From Geobacter metallireducens GS-15 (GTDB taxonomy: Bacteria > Desulfobacterota > Desulfuromonadia > Geobacterales > Geobacteraceae): 32,000 bases of DNA. Made by a program: the position numbers and the translations under genes. Location: contig NC_007517.1 in NCBI RefSeq assembly GCF_000012925.1, forward strand, positions 2,130,001 through 2,162,000, in the 5' to 3' direction. Shown here in pieces: positions 25,306 to 32,000 of the stretch. Below the pieces are notes generated by a model. The model saw nothing but the letters and a program-made list of their open reading frames with translations. It ran no database searches and was not told where the DNA came from. Position 1 is the stretch's first letter. Each line of letters opens with the position of its first letter.

Positions 25306-26658
25306 TTATGCCTCCCTTACCGTCGCCGGTTTGATGATGCCGGAAAGATCGTCGTCAGGCCCCTTGCGGGCGTACTTTGCCAGGAGATAGATATCGATGG
25401 CACCCAGCAGACCATAGAGGAGTGTGAATCCCACCAGCGAACCGATCACCTGGGGCGATGTTACCGCCTTGGAAACCGCATCGGACGTCTTCAGCACCCC
25501 GTACACGATCCAGGGCTGCCGCCCCATTTCGGCGACGACCCATCCCAGTTGGGCGGCGATGTAAGGAAGCGGCAGAGCCAGCACCATGAGCCGCAAAAAG
25601 AGGGTCTTGTTTTCAAGGTTCTTCATCCGCGAGAGGATCACGGCGGCAAGAGAAACCAGGGCCGTGAAGGTGCCCATCCCCACCATGAGGCGGAAACTCC
25701 AGAAGGTGGGCTGTACCGGCGGCCTGAGCTCCTTCGGGAAGTCCTTCAACCCCTTGATCTCGGCGGTTGGGTCATGGAAAGCGAGCATGCTCACCATGTT
25801 CGGGATACACAAACGCTCTATGGCGTTACACTCATTTTCCGGATCGGGAAGGAGAAACAGGTTCATGCCGGCACCCTTCTGGGTCTCCCATACCGATTCC
25901 ATGGCCGCGAACTTGGTGGGCTGGGTCTTGGCAATTTCCACCGCATGGAAATCGCCTGAACCGAAAACAAGCAACGCGGAGACCAAGCTGAAAACAGATC
26001 CCATCTTGAAGGATCGGACAAAAAAGTCGACCCGGCTCTTGCGGAGCAGGTGCCATGCGGAAATCCCCATCACGAAGAAGGCCGCCACCATGTAGCCGGA
26101 ACCGACCGTGTGAACGAACTTGATGAGGCCGTAGGGGTTGGTGATGACGGCTATGATGTCCACCATTTCGGCACGGCCATTACGGAGCACATAGCCCACC
26201 GGTTTCTGCATCCAGCCGTTGGCCAGGAGAATCCAGAGGGCCGAGAGGTTGGTGGCGATGGCCACCAGCCAGATGCTGACCGCGTGGGCAGTCTTCGATA
26301 TTTTGTTCCACCCGAAGATCCAGACGCCGATGAAGACTGACTCCAGGAAGAAGGCCACGGTTGCTTCAATGGCAAGCGGCGCGCCGAAAATATCCCCGAC
26401 GTAGCGGGAATACTCGGCCCAGTTCATGCCGAACTGGAACTCCTGGGTAATGCCGGTGACGACCCCCAGAGCAAAGTTGATCAGAAACAACTTCCCCCAG
26501 AATTTGGTCATCTTGAGGTAGGTCTCGTCTCCCGTGCGCACATACCTGGTTTCCATGTACGCCGTGAGGATGGAGAGGCCAAGGGTGAGGGGCACGAAGA
26601 TGAAATGGAACATTGTCGTTGCTGCGAACTGGAGCCTGCTGAGGGTTAGTACGTCCAT
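25306..26658 (-). CDS. cydA: Cytochrome bd oxidase subunit I, 450 aa
   Basis: Typical CydA N-terminus (LSRLQFAATTMFHFIFVPLTLGLS) and a Q-loop-containing polytopic protein (GWVVAEMGRQPW). AGGAGG RBS upstream. Confidence 0.92.
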   Translation of the reverse strand: MDVLTLSRLQFAATTMFHFIFVPLTLGLSILTAYMETRYVRTGDETYLKMTKFWGKLFLINFALGVVTGITQEFQFGMNWAEYSRYVGDIFGAPLAIEATVAFFLESVFIGVWIFGWNKISKTAHAVSIWLVAIATNLSALWILLANGWMQKPVGYVLRNGRAEMVDIIAVITNPYGLIKFVHTVGSGYMVAAFFVMGISAWHLLRKSRVDFFVRSFKMGSVFSLVSALLVFGSGDFHAVEIAKTQPTKFAAMESVWETQKGAGMNLFLLPDPENECNAIERLCIPNMVSMLAFHDPTAEIKGLKDFPKELRPPVQPTFWSFRLMVGMGTFTALVSLAAVILSRMKNLENKTLFLRLMVLALPLPYIAAQLGWVVAEMGRQPWIVYGVLKTSDAVSKAVTSPQVIGSLVGFTLLYGLLGAIDIYLLAKYARKGPDDDLSGIIKPATVREA

Positions 26659-26757
26659 CCGTCGTTACCTCCTGGTAGAGTGGAGTGCGTGTATGGGCAG
26701 TATCGGCCGGTAGAAAGCCTCAATTTGTTTCGTAACCATAAACACAATTTTCTGATT

Positions 26758-26792
26758 ATTATACCATACAGGACTAAATTTATCCTGTATGG
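26758..26792 (-). promoter_or_regulatory. Perfect 10-bp inverted repeat (candidate Rrf2 operator) abutting a TATAAT box upstream of cydAB
   Basis: CCATACAGGA (26764-26773), a 9-nt AT-rich spacer CTAAATTTA, then TCCTGTATGG (26783-26792). On the minus strand TATAAT (26763-26758) follows immediately, about 100 nt upstream of the cydA ATG. The site could also double as the transcript end of the Rrf2 gene. Confidence 0.5.
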
Positions 26793-26814
26793 GGGCAAAA
26801 AAATTTTGTGTTAT

Positions 26815-27222
26815 CTACTTGTGCGTGGCAAGATCTTCAATGGTGACTCCGTCGAGAACCTCCACGACCCGTTGCTGCACTTGCCTCCAGACCGGATGGA
26901 CGCCGCAGGTGCTGTCCCGTTCACAGGTCCCTGAACCGATCAGGCAGCGATTTGGCAAAATAGGCCCTTCCACCGCCTCCACCACTTCGCGCAGAGTGAT
27001 CCTGGAGGCGGAACGACCAAGCATGAACCCCCCCCCTGCCCCCCGGAACGACTGAACGATGCCGATCTTGGCGAAACTCTGCAGTATCTTGGCCAGAAAC
27101 GTCTGCGGAACATCGGTTGCCTCGGCGATCTCGCTGATGAGCGCCACTTTCCCCGGCGGCAACTGGGCCAGATGAATTATTCCCCTGATTGCGTATTCGC
27201 CTTTTCGTGTAAGCTCCATCAT
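26815..27222 (-). CDS. Rrf2-family transcriptional regulator with an IscR-like Cys3-His cluster ligand set, about 135 aa
   Basis: N-terminal wHTH typical of Rrf2 (MELTRKGEYAIRGIIHLA...ISEIAEATDVPQTFLAKILQ). Ligand motif C-x6-C-x5-C-x2-H (CLIGSGTCERDSTCGVH). The start is probably ATG 27222 or 27219 rather than GTG 27231. Confidence 0.85.
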   Translation of the reverse strand: MMELTRKGEYAIRGIIHLAQLPPGKVALISEIAEATDVPQTFLAKILQSFAKIGIVQSFRGAGGGFMLGRSASRITLREVVEAVEGPILPNRCLIGSGTCERDSTCGVHPVWRQVQQRVVEVLDGVTIEDLATHK

Positions 27223-27235
27223 AAATAGCACCTAT

Positions 27236-27281
27236 AAGACCAATTTAGTCTTTTTATACCTAAAGCTTTCAGACCTGTCAA
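27236..27281 (-). promoter_or_regulatory. Sigma70-type promoter of the Rrf2 gene with an overlapping inverted repeat related to the cydA-upstream repeat
   Basis: On the minus strand: TTGACA (27281-27276), a 17-nt spacer, then TATAAA (27258-27253). The palindrome AAGACTAAATTGGTCTT (27252-27236) follows directly. It shares the core GACTAAATT with the 26764-26792 repeat. Confidence 0.55.
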
Positions 27282-27305
27282 TATATTTTCTCGCACATAA
27301 ATTAC

Positions 27306-28586
27306 TTATCCCTGCTTCTCGCCTCCATACTCACGCTTCATGTATTCCAGCCATTCGCCGAAAACACCATCATAGTCCAGCCCCAGATCGGCAAGTCCCC
27401 TGTTGATCGCCTCGCCGACTGGCAACCCCTCCCCTATATATGTCAGGATTCCCCTCACTCGATACCACCCGTATGAGGAAACCATGAAATTCACCACCGC
27501 GTAACTCTCCTCATAGGCAAGGCGCACCTCGCTGCTTCCCAGGGAGGTGAACCCATTTTCGAGTTTTCGCAAAGGAAGGTACCCGCCAGTCCTGATCGCC
27601 CGCCCCAGTTCCGTCAAGGGAGGATTCAACTCCTGTCTCCCCTGGAGTTCCGCAAGCCCCTCATTCAGCCAGACAGGACAGTTGCCCCTGGACAGGTCAC
27701 GTACGACCGCATGGGTGTATTCATGGCGCAGCGTTGCCCGCAAATCCGGCGTTATCTCGACCAGACCTCCTATGGGTATGCGGATCTTGCCGTCGTAGAG
27801 CCCCCCCGACCAGTTGGGGGAGCGGGTCACTTCCCGGTAATCCCGTTTCGTATAGAGAATGACCGGCACCCTGGCCTCGGGAAAGTAGCCGAGATCGGTG
27901 CCGACACTGTTGTAGGCGGTTTCAAGCACATCAAGCACATCGAGGGCGATGCCGGTCTTCACTTCCCCCGCGTCGTAGGAAACGATAAAACGGGAACTGT
28001 GGCCACGCTCCATGCGGGTTTCAACGGCCTGTTCGCGGCGCATCCTTTCCAGCAACTTTGCGAGCGAGGGATCCGATGGCGCCAGGGCTGCCGCTTTCTC
28101 CCAGTTCTGGAGGGCCTCGTCCGTTTCGCCCTCCTCATAGTGAATCCGGCCCAGGAAATAAAGACCCTCGGCAGTTTCTCCCCCCAGGTTTCGAGCCTGC
28201 TGAAGTTCATGGCGAGCCAGGGGGAAATTCTTTGCCAGGGTAAAGGCGATGCCGCGAAGGAGATGATACCGGGGCTCATCGGGAAAAAGCACCAGGGCCT
28301 TCTCGAACTGCCCCGCCGCGTCGGCATAGGACTTCCTGTCCAGGAGCCTCTGCCCCTGAAGGGCATAGGCCGTGGCAAGGTTCCCCTTCAGGATTGGATC
28401 CGATGAGTATAGGCTGTACGCCTTTTCCAGCTGTTCGATGGCTTTTTCGATCTCACCCCGTTCGATGAGATCGACACCGTACTTGTTATGGAGAAAGGGA
28501 TCGGCTGCGGCAACCGGGGAGAGAAGAGGTTCTCCCGCGCAAAGGAGGCAGAGAATCACAAGGATGCAGGCCGGCAGGTTTCTCAT
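27306..28586 (-). CDS. Secreted TPR-repeat protein with C-terminal peptidase-MA-like (HExxH) domain, 426 aa
   Basis: Signal peptide MRNLPACILVILCLLCAGEPLLSPVAA. Several TPR-like repeats (AIEQLEKAYSL..., ALQNWEKAAALAP...). HEYTH is followed by WLNEGLAE, as in gluzincin-type peptidase_MA-like domains. Confidence 0.7.
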   Translation of the reverse strand: MRNLPACILVILCLLCAGEPLLSPVAAADPFLHNKYGVDLIERGEIEKAIEQLEKAYSLYSSDPILKGNLATAYALQGQRLLDRKSYADAAGQFEKALVLFPDEPRYHLLRGIAFTLAKNFPLARHELQQARNLGGETAEGLYFLGRIHYEEGETDEALQNWEKAAALAPSDPSLAKLLERMRREQAVETRMERGHSSRFIVSYDAGEVKTGIALDVLDVLETAYNSVGTDLGYFPEARVPVILYTKRDYREVTRSPNWSGGLYDGKIRIPIGGLVEITPDLRATLRHEYTHAVVRDLSRGNCPVWLNEGLAELQGRQELNPPLTELGRAIRTGGYLPLRKLENGFTSLGSSEVRLAYEESYAVVNFMVSSYGWYRVRGILTYIGEGLPVGEAINRGLADLGLDYDGVFGEWLEYMKREYGGEKQG

Positions 28587-28592
28587 CGATAT

Positions 28593-28886
28593 CTATTTCG
28601 AGCCCCAGAGCGGGGTATTCGCGAACTGCATCCGAAGCCGTTCCTCGGGGTTTTGTTCGTAGAACTCTTCCTCCGCAAAGGAAAAGCGGTAGTTTTCGGC
28701 ATACTCGCGGAGAATCCCGTAGGCGGCGTTCACAAGGCGTATCTGCTCGGCATCGCCCTCCTCTCCCGCAGAGTCGGGGTGGTGGCGGCGCACAAGCTCC
28801 CGGTGCCTGGCCTTGATCTCCCGCAACGTGACGCGGTCGGGAAGGCCGAAGATTTCAAGGGCTCTGACGAGATTGGCATATCGCAT
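28593..28886 (-). CDS. Small J-domain (DnaJ-like) protein, about 97 aa
   Basis: J-domain with an HPD tripeptide (LREIKARHRELVRRHHPDSAGE...LVNAAYGILRE). I prefer ATG 28886, which has GGAG 8 nt upstream, over the ORF-track TTG at 28928, which abuts the dxs terminator. The stop is 6 nt before the TPR-peptidase start. Confidence 0.65.
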   Translation of the reverse strand: MRYANLVRALEIFGLPDRVTLREIKARHRELVRRHHPDSAGEEGDAEQIRLVNAAYGILREYAENYRFSFAEEEFYEQNPEERLRMQFANTPLWGSK

Positions 28887-28931
28887 CGCGGATACTCCAT
28901 GATCGCTGAATTCGCTCGTGACTCGCAAGTA

Positions 28932-28958
28932 AGAAAAAAGCCGGGGAATCCCCGGCTT
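28932..28958 (-). terminator. Rho-independent terminator downstream of dxs
   Basis: AAGCCGGGG (28938-28946) pairs with CCCCGGCTT (28950-28958). On the minus strand TTTTTCTT follows. It starts 4 nt after the dxs stop. Confidence 0.75.
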
Positions 28959-28961
28959 CGT

Positions 28962-30839
28962 TTATCCCTTCATGAATGTTCTGACCCGAGCCGTTATTCC
29001 CGGGGCGTCGAGGCCATACTGGGCCCTCAGTTCATGCTGCTCCCCCTGCTCCACGTACCGGTCCGGGTATCCCAGGCGGAGAACCTTGACCCCATTGATT
29101 CCTTCCTCTTCGAGAAGTTCCAGCACCGCCGTGCCGAAGCCTCCCTGGATGACGTTCTCCTCAACGATGATGAGCCTGCCGGTGGTTCGGGCCAAGCTGA
29201 GGATCAGGTCCCGGTCGAGGGGTTTCACGAAGCGGGCATTCACGACGGCGAGGTCGATTCCTTCGGCGGCCAAGGCTTCAGCTGCCTCACGGGCCGGGTA
29301 GACGGTGGAACCGATGGCAAGGAGGGCACCGTCCAGACCTTCCCTCAGGATCTCTCCCTTCCCAATGGGAAGGACGCTGCAGGTCTGGTCCAGGGAAACC
29401 CCGTAACCGTTACCCCGGGGATAGCGGACGGCCGCCGGTCCGTCGTGCTCGATGGCGGTCAAGAGCAGGTGCTGAAGCTCGTTTTCGTCCTTGGGTGCCA
29501 TGACCACCATATTGGGGAGATGGCGCAGGTACGCAAGATCGAAAAGTCCATGGTGGGTCGGACCGTCGCTCCCCACCACCCCGGCACGGTCAATGGCGAA
29601 GGTAACCGGAAGATTCTGGAGGCAGACGTCGTGGAAGACCTGGTCGTAGGCCCGCTGCAGGAACGACGAATAGACGGCAAAGACCGGCCGGTATCCTTCG
29701 GCGGCGAGCCCTGCGGCAAAGGTGACCCCATGCTGTTCGGCTATACCCACGTCGAAGAACCGCGTGGGATAGTCGGCGGCAAAGGGGGTAAGCCCGGTGC
29801 CGTCGGGCATGGCCGCAGTCAGGGCGATGACCCGCTCGTCCTCGGCGGCGATTTTTCTGATGGCCTCGCCAAAGACGCCGGTGTAAGAGGCTGCGCCCCC
29901 CTTCCCCTTGATGACCTTGCCGGTTTCCAGCTCAAAGGGGCCAACGCCGTGGAAGAGCGCCGGTTTTTCTTCGGCGGGAGGATACCCCCTCCCTTTCTTG
30001 GTCAGGACATGGATCAGGACCGCGTCGTCAAAGCGCTTCACCTTCTCGAAGGTCTCCATGAGTCGGGCCGTGTCGTGGCCGTCGATGGGGCCGATGTACT
30101 CGAACCCGAAGGCCTCGAAGAGCATGCCGGGGGTGAAGAGCCCCTTGAGGGACTCCTCTGCCCGCTTGGCCACCTTCAGAACCCCGTGGCCGATGCGGTC
30201 GAGTCCGCCGAGGAACCCTTCCAGGTCCTTCTTCATGGTATGGACGAATTCGCTGGTGACGGTCCGGTTCAAGAAATTCGACAGGGCTCCCACGTTCTCG
30301 GCAATGGACATCTCGTTGTCGTTCAGGACCACGACCAGATCCTTGTTCAGGTGCCCGGCGTTATTGAGCCCTTCGTAGGCGAGGCCGCCGGTCATGGAGC
30401 CGTCGCCGATGACGGCCACCACCTTGTTCCGCTCCCCCCGCAGGTCCCGGGCAACGGCAAAACCCAGGGCAGCAGAGATGGAGGTAGAGGTGTGCCCTGT
30501 GTCGAAGGCATCATGGGAGGACTCGCACCGTTTGGGAAACCCGCTGATTCCGCCAAGGGTGCGGAGCGTGGCGAACCGGTCGCGCCGGCCCGTGAGCAGC
30601 TTGTGGGCATAGGCCTGGTGCCCCACGTCCCAGATGATCTTGTCGGCCGGAGAATCGAAGACTCTATGGAGCGCCAGGGTCAACTCGACCACCCCGAGGC
30701 TTGGAGCCAGGTGTCCGCCGTTCCTGGCGCAGACGGTAATGATTTTCTCCCGCAACTCCGCGGCAAGCTGTGCAAGCTCCCGCTGGGTGACCCCCTTCAG
30801 GTCGCAGGGGGATTCGATGGTGTCGAGAATTGCTGTCAT
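28962..30839 (-). CDS. dxs: 1-deoxy-D-xylulose-5-phosphate synthase, 625 aa
   Basis: Dxs-typical sequence ([37 protein letters not shown], thiamine-PP motif [18 protein letters not shown]). The ATG overlaps the ispA stop (TAATG). Confidence 0.95.
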   Translation of the reverse strand: MTAILDTIESPCDLKGVTQRELAQLAAELREKIITVCARNGGHLAPSLGVVELTLALHRVFDSPADKIIWDVGHQAYAHKLLTGRRDRFATLRTLGGISGFPKRCESSHDAFDTGHTSTSISAALGFAVARDLRGERNKVVAVIGDGSMTGGLAYEGLNNAGHLNKDLVVVLNDNEMSIAENVGALSNFLNRTVTSEFVHTMKKDLEGFLGGLDRIGHGVLKVAKRAEESLKGLFTPGMLFEAFGFEYIGPIDGHDTARLMETFEKVKRFDDAVLIHVLTKKGRGYPPAEEKPALFHGVGPFELETGKVIKGKGGAASYTGVFGEAIRKIAAEDERVIALTAAMPDGTGLTPFAADYPTRFFDVGIAEQHGVTFAAGLAAEGYRPVFAVYSSFLQRAYDQVFHDVCLQNLPVTFAIDRAGVVGSDGPTHHGLFDLAYLRHLPNMVVMAPKDENELQHLLLTAIEHDGPAAVRYPRGNGYGVSLDQTCSVLPIGKGEILREGLDGALLAIGSTVYPAREAAEALAAEGIDLAVVNARFVKPLDRDLILSLARTTGRLIIVEENVIQGGFGTAVLELLEEEGINGVKVLRLGYPDRYVEQGEQHELRAQYGLDAPGITARVRTFMKG

Positions 30840-31732
30840 TACGATTTCCGGGATACGATGTAACGGGCGATCTCCCGCAGGGGTTCCGCTTTCTCGCCGA
30901 AGGGGGAAAGGGCTTCGAGGGCCAGATCCACCAACTCCTGGGCGCGGCGTTTGGAATCGGCAAGCCCCATGACCGCCGGATAGGTGGCTTTCCCCCGGGC
31001 TTCGTCGCTCCCCGCATCCTTGCCGATCTGCTCGGTGGTACCCTCGATGTCAAGGATGTCATCGGCAATCTGGAACGCAAGGCCGATGGCCTCGCCGTAA
31101 CGGGTCATGGCCGCAAGGGCGTCCCCTTCCGCTCCGCCGAGTATTGCGCCCGCCTTGACCGAAGCCTTCATGAGGGCGCCGGTCTTGTGGGTGTGTATGT
31201 ACTGGACCGTGGCCAGATCGATATCCTTTTTCCCCTCGCTCTCCATGTCGACTACTTGGCCGCCGACCATCCCCCGGGAACCGGCACAGATGCCAATCTC
31301 GTGGATAACCGGAAGAATACGGGCATGTCCGGCCTTTGCGGCGTATTCGGGAGAGCTCATGAGGATGAACGCTTCCGTAAGGAGCGCATCACCGGCAAGG
31401 ATGGCGATTGCCTCGCCGAAAACCTTGTGGTTTGTGGGACGTCCGCGGCGGAAATCGTCGTCGTCCATTGCGGGGAGATCGTCGTGGATGAGGGAATAGG
31501 TGTGGATCATCTCCATGGCGCACGCAGCGGGAAGCGCCAAGTCCGGAGTTCCTCCCACCGCCTCACAGGCGGCGAGCATCAGAACCGGCCGAATCCGTTT
31601 CCCCCCTGCGAAAACCGAATAGCGCATGGCGCGATGAACGGAAACGGGAAGGTCCCCCTCACCGGGCAGGGAGCGTTCAAGAGCTTCATCAACAATGGCA
31701 CAGCGTTCTTTGAGATAGTTTTTAAGGTCCAT
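30839..31732 (-). CDS. ispA: (2E,6E)-farnesyl diphosphate synthase / geranyltranstransferase, 297 aa
   Basis: First and second Asp-rich motifs, [20 protein letters not shown] and FQIADDILD. The conserved xseB-ispA-dxs gene order supports the call. Confidence 0.92.
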   Translation of the reverse strand: MDLKNYLKERCAIVDEALERSLPGEGDLPVSVHRAMRYSVFAGGKRIRPVLMLAACEAVGGTPDLALPAACAMEMIHTYSLIHDDLPAMDDDDFRRGRPTNHKVFGEAIAILAGDALLTEAFILMSSPEYAAKAGHARILPVIHEIGICAGSRGMVGGQVVDMESEGKKDIDLATVQYIHTHKTGALMKASVKAGAILGGAEGDALAAMTRYGEAIGLAFQIADDILDIEGTTEQIGKDAGSDEARGKATYPAVMGLADSKRRAQELVDLALEALSPFGEKAEPLREIARYIVSRKS

Positions 31733-31776
31733 GGGAACTCGCTTTGCGTGATATTGTAAATCAGTAATCGCTTGTT

Positions 31777-32000
31777 TCAGTCATCCTCGAGCCGGAACGG
31801 CTCCTTGGCAAAACTGCCGTCCTTCTTTTTGAGCAGTATTTCCACCTTCTTTTCCGCTTCATCCAGCTTTTTCGTGCAGAAAGCAGCCATCTTGACTCCC
31901 TCCTCGAAAGCCTTGAGGGAGTCGTCCAGGGACAGTTCACCACTTTCCAGCCGGTTCACCACGTCTTCCAGTTTCTTGAGGGCAGTCTCGAACTTCTCTA
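31777..32000 (-). CDS. xseB: Exodeoxyribonuclease VII small subunit, 5' end runs off the window
   Basis: The frame is open to the window edge (...EKFETALKKLEDVVNRLESGELSLDDSLKAFEEGVKMAAFCTKKLDEAEKKVEILL...), which is typical XseB. The true start lies beyond 32000. Confidence 0.85.
   Translation of the reverse strand, partial: EKFETALKKLEDVVNRLESGELSLDDSLKAFEEGVKMAAFCTKKLDEAEKKVEILLKKKDGSFAKEPFRLEDD

Noticed and set aside
1-32000. A window-wide look for CRISPR repeats, tandem repeats, IS elements with terminal inverted repeats, tRNA or rRNA genes, toxin-antitoxin pairs and defence-system hallmarks.
   Set aside because: I found none by reading intergenic regions and ORF products. The recurring GC-rich hairpins (for example GGGCCG...CGGCCC at 16313 and 20685) are ordinary terminators rather than a repeat family.

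Overview
This window reads as core chromosome of a Geobacter-like (Desulfuromonadales) bacterium. That assignment is an inference from roughly 60% GC by eye and from gene content. About 27 protein genes are tightly packed on both strands. I found no rRNA, tRNA, CRISPR array, IS or transposase, integrase or phage-type genes.

Housekeeping genes: class II ribonucleotide reductase (apparently frameshifted), aconitase B, HisRS, ComEC, fructose-1,6-bisphosphatase, EttA, cytochrome bd oxidase CydAB with an adjacent Rrf2 regulator, and an xseB-ispA-dxs operon.

Accessory-looking content:
1. A cyclic-dinucleotide signalling neighbourhood. It holds a Rec-GGDEF enzyme with the Hypr (cGAMP-synthase) Ser-for-Asp signature, a canonical Rec-PAS-GGDEF, a Rec-PAS-histidine kinase-Rec hybrid, and a Rec-HD-GYP phosphodiesterase.
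2. A Rieske / cytochrome b6-type / pentaheme cytochrome c operon.
3. Several small or uncharacterised proteins.

I did not find convincing evidence for a wholly new multi-gene system such as a defence island. The observations most worth follow-up are the Hypr-GGDEF with a Glu at the receiver phospho-acceptor position, the nearby HD-GYP as a possible cGAMP phosphodiesterase, the nrdJ frameshift, and a shared palindromic operator motif linking the Rrf2 regulator to cydAB. All family assignments come from motif recognition by eye, with no database search.
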